A stretch of DNA of 27,980 nt, taken from positions 746 through 28,725 of the forward strand of contig CAYYWT010000001.1 of the NCBI GenBank assembly GCA_964475435.1. Reading direction: 5' to 3'. The notes under the pieces are model-generated. The model saw nothing but the letters and a program-made list of their open reading frames with translations. It was not told where the DNA came from and did not search any database. Source of the DNA: an uncultured Eubacteriales bacterium. GTDB lineage: Bacteria; Bacillota; Clostridia; TANB77; RGIG9151. Of this stretch, positions 13,937 to 23,260 are shown one piece after another (positions within the stretch are counted from its first letter, which is position 1; each line of letters begins with the position of its first letter). A program made the position numbers and the translations under genes.

Positions 13937-15643
13937 ATGGAGGAATATTTAGAGTTTAAAAATGCTCAATGTAAAGACTGTTACAAATGTCTAAGAGAAT
14001 GTCCAGTAAAAGCTATAAAGGTTGTTGATCATCAAGCTAAGATTATAAAAGAAAGATGTATTTTGTGTGGCAAATGTACTCAAGTTTGCCCACAAAATGC
14101 TAAAAGAGTGCATAGTTCGATAAGTGAAGTAATGGAACTTATAAAAAATAATAAGAAAGTTATAGCGAGTGTTGCTCCTTCATTTATTTCGAGCTTTAAG
14201 GTAAGTGATTTTTCTGTTATGAAGATAGCTTTGTGTAAACTTGGATTTTTTGATGCTGAGGAAACTTCGATAGGAGCTAATGTAGTGGTTCAAGAGTATG
14301 AAAAACTTTTAAAGAGTGGAAAATTTAAAAACTTTATTACATCAGCTTGTCCTGCAATTAATAGAATGATACAGATTTATTATCCTAATGTGTTACCGTA
14401 TTTAGCGCCTGTTGATACTCCGGCAATTGCTCATGCGAAAATGATTAAAGAAGCTGATAAAGATGCTAAAGTAGTTTTTATAGGACCTTGTATTGCTAAA
14501 AAAATGGAGGGTAAGGAAAGCGAAGTTATAGATGGAGTGCTTACTTTTGAAGAACTTACGGAGTTGTTTAATGAAAATAATATTGATTTAACAATGATTT
14601 CTAATGTTCCGTTTGAGGAGAATAAAAAAATTACTAATAGAGCTAAATATTTTCCGATTAGTAGAGGGATTATAAAATCTTTTTCAAAGTTGCCGGAAGG
14701 ATATGAATATATAGCGGTAGACGGAGTTGAGCGTTGCTTTGAGGTTTTAAATAGTATTACTGATTTGTCCGGGATATTTCTTGAAATTAACAGTTGTTCC
14801 GGAGCTTGTATAAACGGTCCTTGCAGTTTGACTAAGGAAAAAGAATGTATTAGTTCGAATGCTACAATAAGAAATTATGTAAAAAAAGAAATTGCAAATG
14901 GTACAGGTAATGAAAAAATAGATTATGATTTGGATTTTACAAAGGAATTCCCTAGACTCAGAGCGGGAGATATACCAGGTACTGATAAACAAATTGAGGC
15001 TATTCTTGCTAAAACCGGTAAGCTAAGACCTGAAGATGAGCTAAATTGTGGAGTATGTGGATATTCTACTTGTCGAGCTAAGGCTTGGGCTGTATTAAAC
15101 GGGTATGCCGATATTGATATGTGTTTACCGTATATGAGAAAAAAAGCTGAGTCTATGTCATATGAGATTATTCAAAATAGTCCGAATGGAATTATAGTTG
15201 TTGACAGTGAACTTAAAATTGTTGATATAAATGCTAAAGCAATGGAACTTGGCGGAATTACAGGATATGATGTTAAAGGTAAATATGTGGTTGATTATTT
15301 TGAACCTACAGATTTCGTGTTTGCATTAAATGATGAAAAAAATGTAGTTAGAAAGAAGATGTATATTCCTAAGACTAAGTCATATGTTGAACTATCTATA
15401 ACTTATATGAAAGAGCATAAGACGATGTTTGCGATTATGAAGGATATTACAAGTGGTGTAAATTATAGTGAAAAGTTAAATAGTGTAAAGCAAGAAACAT
15501 TTAAGACTACTGATGAGGTTATAAATAAGCAAATGAGAGTAGTTCAAGAAATTGCGTCGTTGCTTGGAGAAACTACTGCCGAATCTAAAGTGGCTTTGCT
15601 TAAGTTGAAGAAAACTTTAGCTGAGGAGGAGGAAGAAGAATGA
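13937..15643 (+). CDS. hydS: sensory-type [FeFe]-hydrogenase homologue with C-terminal PAS domain (HydS / HfsB-like)
   Basis: Two N-terminal 4Fe-4S motifs: CKDCYKCLRECP and CILCGKCTQVCP. H-cluster motifs are TSACP (14339-14353), GPCIAKK and INSCSGACINGPC. An extra Cys cluster CGVCGYSTC is present. PAS-like segment is IIQNSPNGIIVVDSELKIVDINAKAMEL. Confidence 0.8.
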   Translation: MEEYLEFKNAQCKDCYKCLRECPVKAIKVVDHQAKIIKERCILCGKCTQVCPQNAKRVHSSISEVMELIKNNKKVIASVAPSFISSFKVSDFSVMKIALCKLGFFDAEETSIGANVVVQEYEKLLKSGKFKNFITSACPAINRMIQIYYPNVLPYLAPVDTPAIAHAKMIKEADKDAKVVFIGPCIAKKMEGKESEVIDGVLTFEELTELFNENNIDLTMISNVPFEENKKITNRAKYFPISRGIIKSFSKLPEGYEYIAVDGVERCFEVLNSITDLSGIFLEINSCSGACINGPCSLTKEKECISSNATIRNYVKKEIANGTGNEKIDYDLDFTKEFPRLRAGDIPGTDKQIEAILAKTGKLRPEDELNCGVCGYSTCRAKAWAVLNGYADIDMCLPYMRKKAESMSYEIIQNSPNGIIVVDSELKIVDINAKAMELGGITGYDVKGKYVVDYFEPTDFVFALNDEKNVVRKKMYIPKTKSYVELSITYMKEHKTMFAIMKDITSGVNYSEKLNSVKQETFKTTDEVINKQMRVVQEIASLLGETTAESKVALLKLKKTLAEEEEEE

Positions 15644-16800
15644 GCCTTTTTCTTGAGTACGGTTATACTTCGTTAAACAAAGCAGGCGAGGAATTATGCG
15701 GAGATAATGTTGCTATTTCTGTTAATGGGGATTATACGACTTTAGTTTTGGCGGATGGTTTAGGAAGCGGAGTAAAGGCTAATATTTTATCTACACTTAC
15801 GTCTAAAATCCTGTGCACGATGATTTCTAATGATATAGAAATAGAAGAATGTATAGAAACTATGATACAATCTTTGCCTGTTTGCAAAGTTAGAGGGCTT
15901 GCTTATTCTACTTTTTCTGTTGTTCATATAAATAATGAAGGAAATGGATATCTAGTTGAATTCGATAATCCGCAAGCTATTTATTTACACGATAATAAAG
16001 CTCTTGATTTTGAAAGAGAGAGAATGGATATTTTAGGTAAGGTTGTTTATAAGACGAAACTTAATCTAAAACCGTCTGATGTAATTGTTGTTATGTCTGA
16101 TGGGACTGTTCACGCCGGAATAGGAATGCTTCTTAATTTAGGCTGGCAAAGGGCTGAGATTATGGAGTATTTAGAGAAAACGGTTACTCCTAAAATGTCG
16201 GCAAGATGTATTGCTTGTTTACTTGCGTCTGCTTGTAATGATTTATATTTGGATAAGCCGGGAGACGATACGACTGTTGCCGGAATAAGAATTCGTGAAA
16301 AGTCTCCTATAAATATTATGGTTGGTCCACCGGTGGATAAATCTAAAGATGATGAATATATAGGCGAGTTTATGCGTATGAAAGGAAAGCACATTGTTTG
16401 TGGAGGTACGAGTTCTCAAATTGTTGCTAGATATTTAGGTGAAGAACTTTATACCAGTCTTGATTTTTCAGATAAGGAAATTCCGCCGATAGCCTTTATT
16501 AAAGGAATTGATTTAGTAACAGAAGGAGTTATTACCATTAGAAAACTTCTTGCTATGTCTGAAAAATATTTAGATGTAAAAGATGTTACTCCTAAATACT
16601 ATGTAAAGAATGACGGAGCCTCATTGCTTGCAGAAGCTTTGTTTGAAGATGCTACAAATGTTAATTTTTTTGTGGGTCAAAGTGTAAATGTGGCTCATCA
16701 GGGGTTACCGATTGATACGACTATGAAATTAAAGTTAGTAGAGGCTTTATCTGAAAATTTAAAGAAAATGGGTAAAGACGTTACTGTTAAGTATTTTTAA
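15640..16800 (+). CDS. SpoIIE/PP2C-family protein phosphatase (HfsC-like)
   Basis: The start ATG overlaps the hydS stop (ATGA at 15640-15643). Sequence GEELCGDNVAISVNGDYTTLVLADGLGSGVKANILS ... VVMSDGTVHAG fits PP2C/SpoIIE. Confidence 0.7.
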   Translation: MSLFLEYGYTSLNKAGEELCGDNVAISVNGDYTTLVLADGLGSGVKANILSTLTSKILCTMISNDIEIEECIETMIQSLPVCKVRGLAYSTFSVVHINNEGNGYLVEFDNPQAIYLHDNKALDFERERMDILGKVVYKTKLNLKPSDVIVVMSDGTVHAGIGMLLNLGWQRAEIMEYLEKTVTPKMSARCIACLLASACNDLYLDKPGDDTTVAGIRIREKSPINIMVGPPVDKSKDDEYIGEFMRMKGKHIVCGGTSSQIVARYLGEELYTSLDFSDKEIPPIAFIKGIDLVTEGVITIRKLLAMSEKYLDVKDVTPKYYVKNDGASLLAEALFEDATNVNFFVGQSVNVAHQGLPIDTTMKLKLVEALSENLKKMGKDVTVKYF

Positions 16801-16812
16801 CGGAGGTATGTT

Positions 16813-17346
16813 ATGAGAGTTCTTATAGCGTCAGATATTCACGGTTCTGAATTTTTTATGAATAAGTTAATGAAACGTTTTTATGATGAAAATGTTGAAC
16901 AACTTATTTTATTAGGGGATTTGTATTATCACGGACCTAGAAATTCTTTGCCGGAAGGATATAATTCGCAAAAGGTTGCGGATATTTTAAATAGTATTAA
17001 AGATAAGATTTTATGTGTCAGAGGAAATTGTGACAGCGAAGTTGATGAAATGATTTCTAAATTTCACTTTACGGAAAACTTACAATTATATCTAAATGAG
17101 AAAAAAGTTTTTTTGACTCACGGACATAAATTGGAAGAGGAAAAAATAAAGAATGTTTATGATATTGTTATTTACGGACATTTACACACAGGCTTTATTA
17201 AGCGTGATGAGGGAACTATATTTGCTAATACAGGTTCGGTATCTTTGCCTAAAAATGGTACTGCTAATAGTTATATAGTTCTTAATGATACCAAAATTGA
17301 ATTAAAAGATTTAGACGGAAATTTAATTGAAAGTGAGGATTTTTAG
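16813..17346 (+). CDS. YfcE/MJ0936-family metallophosphoesterase
   Basis: Motifs VLIASDIHG, LGDLYYHGPRN, RGNCD, LTHGH and YGHLH. 177 aa. Confidence 0.8.
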   Translation: MRVLIASDIHGSEFFMNKLMKRFYDENVEQLILLGDLYYHGPRNSLPEGYNSQKVADILNSIKDKILCVRGNCDSEVDEMISKFHFTENLQLYLNEKKVFLTHGHKLEEEKIKNVYDIVIYGHLHTGFIKRDEGTIFANTGSVSLPKNGTANSYIVLNDTKIELKDLDGNLIESEDF

Positions 17347-17347
17347 A

Positions 17348-18781
17348 ATGAAAAAATTTGATACGAAGGTTCAACATTTAAAATATAAAGTGCTAAGAGA
17401 AGTAATTAAGAAAGCTGATGCTGATGATTTGCAAAATGTTTACCGCGACGTACCTAATATTGTTGTGCCGGGTCCTAAAGCTAGTATGAGATGTTGTATA
17501 TATAAAGAGAGAGCTATTGTTCAAGAGAGAATTAAAATGGCGCTTGGCGGAGATAAAGAAAATCCAAATGTTGTTGAGGTTATAGATATTGCTTGCGATG
17601 AATGTCCTATTGAAGGAATGTTGGTTACTCAAGCGTGTCGTGGTTGCATTGTTAACAGATGTACGGAGGTTTGCCCAAGAGGTGCTATAAGTATTGTTAA
17701 TAAAAAAGCTGTTATTGATAAAGATAAATGTATAGAATGTGGATTATGTACTAAGGCTTGCCCTTATTCCGCTATAATTGCTCAAAAGAGACCTTGTGTG
17801 AATAGTTGTAAGGTAAAGGCTATTAGTATGGGAGAAGATAAAAAGGCTGTAATAGATAATGATAAATGTATATCTTGCGGTGCTTGTGTTTATCAATGCC
17901 CATTTGGTGCTATTGTGGACAAGTCTTTGATTATGGATGTTTTGAAGATACTAAAAGAATCAGATGATAATAAGAATTATAAGGTATATGCTGTTATTGC
18001 ACCTTCTATTGTAAGCCAATTTAAATATGCTAAAATAGAACAGATAATTACAGGTATTAAGAAACTCGGATTTCACAATGTGGTTGAAGCTGCGCTTGGT
18101 GCGGATATTACTTTACATCACGAATTGGGAGAGTTAAAAGAAAAAGGGGTTATGACTACTTCTTGTTGTCCATCGTTTGTTATGTTTATTGAAAAGAATT
18201 TCCCTGAATTAACTAAATATATTTCGAGTTCTGTTTCTCCTATGGTTGAAACAGCTAAGTTAATTAAAAGGTCTGAACCTAATGCGAAGGTTATCTTTAT
18301 CGGACCTTGTTCGAGTAAAAAACATGAGTACAAGCTTCCTAAGACTGAAGGTGCTATTGATAGTGTTTTATCTTTTGAGGAATTACAGGCGTTCTTTGAC
18401 GCTAGAAATATAGATATTGCTTCTTTAGAAGAGTCCTCTTTAGATAATGCATCTTATTACGGAAGAATATTTGCAAAGTCAGGCGGTATAGCTAAGGGAG
18501 TTCGCGAAATAGGGGAGAGTATGGGACTTGATGTAAAACCTATTGCTATGAGTGGAATTGATGAATGTAGAGCGGCTTTATTGAAATTAAAAGCTAATAA
18601 AGCAGTTGAGAATTTCTTTGAAGGAATGGCTTGTGACGGGGGTTGCTTAAATGGAGCGCTTTGCTTAAGTCATGGACCTAAAAATGCGGCTGATGTAGAT
18701 AAATATGGTGAAGATGCAAAAGAAAAGACCATTGATAATTCTGTAAAATTATATGAAATGAGTTTAAATAAATCTGAATAA
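17348..18781 (+). CDS. [FeFe]-hydrogenase with N-terminal ferredoxin-like 4Fe-4S domains (HfsD-like)
   Basis: Preferred ATG is 17348, 8 nt after AGTGAGGA and 1 nt after the upstream stop. The tracked start at 17327 would overlap the previous gene. 4Fe-4S motifs: CIECGLCTKACP and CISCGACVYQCP. Canonical H-cluster motifs are TSCCP (18158-18172), GPCSSKK and MACDGGCLNG. Confidence 0.85.
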   Translation: MKKFDTKVQHLKYKVLREVIKKADADDLQNVYRDVPNIVVPGPKASMRCCIYKERAIVQERIKMALGGDKENPNVVEVIDIACDECPIEGMLVTQACRGCIVNRCTEVCPRGAISIVNKKAVIDKDKCIECGLCTKACPYSAIIAQKRPCVNSCKVKAISMGEDKKAVIDNDKCISCGACVYQCPFGAIVDKSLIMDVLKILKESDDNKNYKVYAVIAPSIVSQFKYAKIEQIITGIKKLGFHNVVEAALGADITLHHELGELKEKGVMTTSCCPSFVMFIEKNFPELTKYISSSVSPMVETAKLIKRSEPNAKVIFIGPCSSKKHEYKLPKTEGAIDSVLSFEELQAFFDARNIDIASLEESSLDNASYYGRIFAKSGGIAKGVREIGESMGLDVKPIAMSGIDECRAALLKLKANKAVENFFEGMACDGGCLNGALCLSHGPKNAADVDKYGEDAKEKTIDNSVKLYEMSLNKSE

Positions 18782-18788
18782 AATTTAG

Positions 18789-18920
18789 AGAAAACTGTAA
18801 AAAGCTTCAAAAATGAAATATTATTCTTTGCTTCGTTAAACAAAAATATTTTTGTTAGATGTATGATATCAAGGTGAAGTATAATGATTTATGCCTATGC
18901 AAAAGCTTTTTACAGTTTCT
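18789..18920 (+). terminator. long terminator-like hairpin after the hydrogenase operon; a core-less relative (D) of the repeat family
   Basis: AGAAAACTGTAAAAAGCTT (18789-18807) pairs with AAGCTTTTTACAGTTTCT (18903-18920) and is followed by TTTTAT. It shares CTGTAAAAA/TTTTTACAG termini, AAAATGAA, TTTATGC and the apical palindrome AAACAAAAAT|ATTTTTGTT (18838-18856) with copies B and C. It lacks their core. Confidence 0.6.
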
Positions 18921-19013
18921 TTTATCTAAATAGTTTGATACATTAGTTATAAATATAGTCGAAGTTTTGCGTTTTAAATTAAACGTAAAATTTTTTATTA
19001 ATTTGCAAAAATA

Positions 19014-19042
19014 TTTGCTAATTGTAAAAAAATTTGTTACAA
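19014..19042 (+). promoter_or_regulatory. candidate sigma-A promoter with extended -10 for the def cluster
   Basis: TTGCTA (19014-19019), 17-nt spacer, TGtTACAAT (TG at 19034-19035, -10 at 19037-19042). Confidence 0.55.
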
Positions 19043-19086
19043 TGTGTAATAGATTATGGATAATTATATGATAGAGGTGGAAAGTT

Positions 19087-19530
19087 TTGGCATTAAGAGA
19101 GATTAGAATACTTGGAGATGAAATTTTAAGAAAGAAATCAAGAGTCGTAAAAGAAGTTGACGATAAAGTCATAGAATTGATAAAAGATATGAAAGATACT
19201 ATGATTGAATATGACGGAGTAGGTATTGCTGCGCCTCAAGTTGGAGTGCTAAAAAGAATAGTAGTCGTATTAAACGGAAAGAAAATGGTTACGCTTATAA
19301 ATCCGGTTATAAGCGAACGTGAAGGTGAAGAAGTAGATGTTGAAGGTTGCCTTAGCGTAAAGAAAAGGACTGTTTCTGTAAAAAGACCTACCAAAATAAA
19401 AGTTGATGCGTTAGATGAAAACGGTAATGAAATTAGTTTTATTGCCGAAAATTATTATGCGAGAGAAATTTGCCACGAAGTGGATCACTTGGACGGAATT
19501 TTAATTGTGGATAGAGAGGAATGCGAATAA
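19087..19530 (+). CDS. def: peptide deformylase
   Basis: TTG start at 19087 follows AGAGGTGGA. Motifs GVGIAAPQVG, EGCLS and CHEVDHLDG. Confidence 0.95.
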   Translation: MALREIRILGDEILRKKSRVVKEVDDKVIELIKDMKDTMIEYDGVGIAAPQVGVLKRIVVVLNGKKMVTLINPVISEREGEEVDVEGCLSVKKRTVSVKRPTKIKVDALDENGNEISFIAENYYAREICHEVDHLDGILIVDREECE

Positions 19531-19532
19531 GT

Positions 19533-20558
19533 ATGAGAAATATATTTGATTATACGGTTGATGAGTTAACAGAACTTTATATTAGTGAGTTTAACCAAAA
19601 AAAGTATAGAGCTGTTCAGACATATAAATGGCTTTACCAAGAAAATATAGATGATTTTTTTAAGATGAGTGATCTTCCTTTGGATTTAAGGAAGTCTCTT
19701 AATGAAAACTTTAATATAATTACTTTGGAAAAGGAACAAGTTAAGCTTTCAAATGACGGGACGACTAAATTTTTATTTAAGCTACCGGATGGGGCCGCTG
19801 TTGAAACTGTTCTTATGAAATATAACTTCGGAAATAGTGTTTGTGTTTCTTCTCAAGTAGGTTGTAGGATGAAATGTGATTTTTGTGCGTCTTCAAAATT
19901 ATCTTTTGAGAGAAATTTAACTAGTGGAGAGATTGTTCAACAAATTATAATGGCGAGTCGTCATATTGGTGAGAAAATTTCTAATATTGTATTCATGGGA
20001 ATTGGAGAGCCATTTGATAATTATGATAATGTTATGAGGACTATAAAAATATTAAATGATCCTCATGGACTTAATATAGGAGCTAGACATATAACTGTGT
20101 CTACTTCCGGATTAGTTCCTCAAATTATGAAATTTGCTGATAGCGGAATTCAAGCTAATTTGTCTATTTCCTTACATGCTACAAGTGATGAGATGAGAGA
20201 TAAATTAATGCCTGTAAATAAAGCATATAATATGAAAGTTTTACTTGAAGCTTGTAAGAAATATATTGAGAAAACACATAGAAGAATTACGTTTGAATAT
20301 GCGATTATGTATGGTGTAAATGATACGATAAAAGATGCTTGTAAATTAGCTGATTTACTTGAAGGAATGCTATGTCATGTTAATTTAATACCTGTTAATG
20401 CGGTAGAGGGAGCAGGGTATAGAAGAGCTCCTCAAAATGTAATGATGGGATTTAGGGATGCGTTAAATAATCGTGGAATTACAGCTACTATAAGGCGTGA
20501 ACTTGGTAGTGATGTTGATGCTGCTTGTGGACAATTAAGACGTCAATATTTTGAGTAG
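19533..20558 (+). CDS. rlmN: 23S rRNA/tRNA (adenine-C2)-methyltransferase, radical SAM
   Basis: Preferred ATG is 19533 (MRNIFDY...); the tracked 19521 start overlaps def with no usable SD spacing. Sequence contains YRAVQTYKWLY, radical-SAM motif CRMKCDFCAS, GIGEP and C-terminal DVDAACGQL. Confidence 0.9.
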   Translation: MRNIFDYTVDELTELYISEFNQKKYRAVQTYKWLYQENIDDFFKMSDLPLDLRKSLNENFNIITLEKEQVKLSNDGTTKFLFKLPDGAAVETVLMKYNFGNSVCVSSQVGCRMKCDFCASSKLSFERNLTSGEIVQQIIMASRHIGEKISNIVFMGIGEPFDNYDNVMRTIKILNDPHGLNIGARHITVSTSGLVPQIMKFADSGIQANLSISLHATSDEMRDKLMPVNKAYNMKVLLEACKKYIEKTHRRITFEYAIMYGVNDTIKDACKLADLLEGMLCHVNLIPVNAVEGAGYRRAPQNVMMGFRDALNNRGITATIRRELGSDVDAACGQLRRQYFE

Positions 20559-20588
20559 AAAATAAATATTGTCGAGAGGAGGTGCGAT

Positions 20589-21314
20589 ATGATTTTTGGT
20601 GCTAGTAGTGATGTTGGTAAGATAAGAAAAGAAAATGAAGATAGCTTTTATATACCGTCATTAAATGATAGCGTTAATTTATTTTTGATTGCTGATGGAA
20701 TTGGTGGGCAAGGTCATGGTAAATTAGCGTCTATGATGACTATTGACGAAATAGTAAAATATGTTATAAAAAATAACGATAACATGATAGATAAGAAAAC
20801 GTTGCTGAAAAATTCTGTTGATTATGCAAATTCTAATGTAAAAAGGTTTTCTGAGGAAAATATACAATTTTCAGGTATGGGTACTACCTTAGTTGCTATG
20901 TTAATTGATAATGGTATTGCTTATGTTGCTAACGCCGGGGATAGTAGGTGCTACATAATACGTAAAGAAATTATATCGCAAATTACAATTGATAACAGTT
21001 ATGTTCAATATTTATTACAAAAAGGTGCGATTACAGTGGAAGAGGCTCAACGTCATCCGCAACGTAACTTGATAACTAAAGCTATTGGGATGTTAGACGA
21101 TGTTGATGTTGACATTGACTTTGTAAAACTTTATCCGGGAGACATTTTACTTCTTTGTACAGATGGTCTTACTACGATGTTATCGGATGAGGACATATTA
21201 CATATAATACTAAAGAAAAATGGTGATATGCAAAGTACTGCCGAAGACTTAGTTAAAAGAGCTAAGGAAAATGGTGGAACTGATAATATTACTGCGATTT
21301 TAGTGGAGGTGTAG
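20589..21314 (+). CDS. stp: PP2C-family Ser/Thr protein phosphatase
   Basis: SD GAGGAGG. Sequence contains ENEDSFYI, LIADGIGGQGHG, ANAGDSRCY, LLCTDGL and GGTDNITAILV. It is located upstream of prkC. Confidence 0.9.
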   Translation: MIFGASSDVGKIRKENEDSFYIPSLNDSVNLFLIADGIGGQGHGKLASMMTIDEIVKYVIKNNDNMIDKKTLLKNSVDYANSNVKRFSEENIQFSGMGTTLVAMLIDNGIAYVANAGDSRCYIIRKEIISQITIDNSYVQYLLQKGAITVEEAQRHPQRNLITKAIGMLDDVDVDIDFVKLYPGDILLLCTDGLTTMLSDEDILHIILKKNGDMQSTAEDLVKRAKENGGTDNITAILVEV

Positions 21315-21321
21315 GACTTTT

Positions 21322-23250
21322 ATGGATAATATGGTGGGAAGAGTTCTTGGAAATAGATATGAATTAGTTGAAAAAGTCGGCGGTGGCGGAATGGCAGTAG
21401 TGTATAAAGCTAAATGCCGACTCTTAAACAGGTTTGTTGCTGTAAAAATTTTGAGAACAGATTCGGATATGACGAATGATTTTATTAAGCGTTTTAAGGT
21501 GGAAGCACAAGCTGCCGGTAGTCTATCTCATCCTAATATTGTATCTATATATGATGTTGGGAATGAAGGTGATATAAATTATATAGTTATGGAGTATGTT
21601 GAAGGATATACTTTAAAAAAAGTAATTGAGCAAAGTGGGAAACTTACTTGGAGAGCTACTGTAAAGATTGCTTCGCAAATTTGTTCAGGGCTTGAACATG
21701 CTCATAAAAATCATATTATACATAGAGATATTAAATCTCAAAATATTTTAGTTAATGAGGAATTGGTAGCTAAAGTTACTGATTTTGGGATTGCAAGAGC
21801 GTCATCAAATTCTACGATAACTATGACAGGAAATACTATTGGATCGGTTCATTATTTTTCGCCGGAACAAGCTAAAGGTCAGCACACTGACGAAAAATCC
21901 GATATTTATTCTTTGGGAATTGTTATGTATGAAATGATAACAGGTCATGTGCCGTTTGATGCTGAAACTCCGGTATCGGTAGCGTTAAAACAAATCCAGG
22001 AAATACCGATACCTCCTATTCAATTTGATAGTCAGATGCCTGTTGCGGTAAATGATATAATTATGAAAGCGCTTCAGAAAGAGCCGAGGCTTAGATATCA
22101 GTCTGCGACGGAGATGTTAAAGGATTTGCAAAGTGTTTTTGAAAATCCTCAAAATACTGTTATTGCTGATAAAAATATTGGAGCGACGACAGTTATGCCG
22201 AGTGTAACTGAAAATATGATAAATGAGAGAGTTACAAAAGCGGTAGATACGGAGAGTGAGAATATGGGAAAAAGAAAAAAGAAGGGAATGTCTACCGGGA
22301 AATCATTATTTGCATTTTTTATAGCGTTGGTATTTGTTGCTATTATTTCCGGTGTTGTATTTTCGAGTATATGGAAATCTATAATGGGAACCGAAAAAGC
22401 CGTTGTTCAAATGCCGGATTTGATTGGTAAAACTTCTAAAGAGGCTGAGATTTTATTGAAAGAAAGAAAAATTAATTATACGCCTATTGAACAAGCTAAT
22501 GATTCACAACCTAAAGGTAAAGTTTATTCTCAAACTCCCCAAGCAGGGATGAGCGTAAAAGAGGGGTATACGGCTAAGATTTATATTAGTACAGGAAAAC
22601 TAGAAGTCGTTTTGGATGACTTGACTAATAAAAGTTTAGAAGAAGCTAAAACTACGCTAGATAATGAGGAAATTATTTATATGGTTATAGAAGAAGCTAG
22701 TGATACTGTTCCGGTTGGATATGTCACGAGAACCAATCCTGTAGGTGGAAGATCTATTTCACCTAGTACTAGAGTAGATATTTACGTAAGCCGTGGACCT
22801 GATACGAAGACTTTTATTATGCCTGATTTAGTTGGTAAGACGTTAACTAAAGCTAAAGAATTGGCTGAGGAAAATGATTTTAAATTAACGACTACTTTTG
22901 AAGAGTCAACTAAGGCTGCTAATACTGTGTTAAAACAAAGTGTTGACAAGGGAAGTACTGTTGAAGTTGGAACAACTGTGGCTTTGGTTGTAAGTAAGGC
23001 TAAAGATGTAGCTGTTCAAAATAAACAGACTATATATTTAAACTTATCTAATAAGGGCATAAATGGTTCGGAATTTTTGGTAGAAGTTAAGATTTCAGGT
23101 GGAGGATATACCGGTAAAAAGACTTTATACAGTAAGAAACATACGAGTGCTGATGGAGAGATTGGTGTTGATATTTACGGAAAAGGTGAGGCAATGCTTG
23201 AAGTATATATTGATGGAGTTCTAGATGCATCACAAATGCTTAATTTGTAA
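21322..23250 (+). CDS. prkC: Ser/Thr protein kinase with PASTA repeats
   Basis: Hanks kinase motifs GGGGMAVVYKA, VAVK, HRDIKSQN, DFGIA and SPEQA. TM helix is SLFAFFIALVFVAIISGVVF. Three PASTA-like repeats each begin with (M)PDL.GK or LDDLTNK, followed by a ~90-aa C-terminal beta-rich domain. Confidence 0.95.
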   Translation: MDNMVGRVLGNRYELVEKVGGGGMAVVYKAKCRLLNRFVAVKILRTDSDMTNDFIKRFKVEAQAAGSLSHPNIVSIYDVGNEGDINYIVMEYVEGYTLKKVIEQSGKLTWRATVKIASQICSGLEHAHKNHIIHRDIKSQNILVNEELVAKVTDFGIARASSNSTITMTGNTIGSVHYFSPEQAKGQHTDEKSDIYSLGIVMYEMITGHVPFDAETPVSVALKQIQEIPIPPIQFDSQMPVAVNDIIMKALQKEPRLRYQSATEMLKDLQSVFENPQNTVIADKNIGATTVMPSVTENMINERVTKAVDTESENMGKRKKKGMSTGKSLFAFFIALVFVAIISGVVFSSIWKSIMGTEKAVVQMPDLIGKTSKEAEILLKERKINYTPIEQANDSQPKGKVYSQTPQAGMSVKEGYTAKIYISTGKLEVVLDDLTNKSLEEAKTTLDNEEIIYMVIEEASDTVPVGYVTRTNPVGGRSISPSTRVDIYVSRGPDTKTFIMPDLVGKTLTKAKELAEENDFKLTTTFEESTKAANTVLKQSVDKGSTVEVGTTVALVVSKAKDVAVQNKQTIYLNLSNKGINGSEFLVEVKISGGGYTGKKTLYSKKHTSADGEIGVDIYGKGEAMLEVYIDGVLDASQMLNL

Positions 23251-23260
23251 ATTGGAATAA

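Noticed and set aside
17327-17347. Earlier start (MKVRIFR...) for the second hydrogenase
   Set aside because: It would overlap the phosphoesterase gene by 20 nt and lacks an SD. The ATG at 17348 follows AGTGAGGA at a good distance.
18855-19172. 105-aa minus-strand ORF spanning the hydrogenase-def intergenic region
   Set aside because: It crosses repeat D, the def promoter and the def start codon in antisense. It has no SD and a low-complexity sequence.
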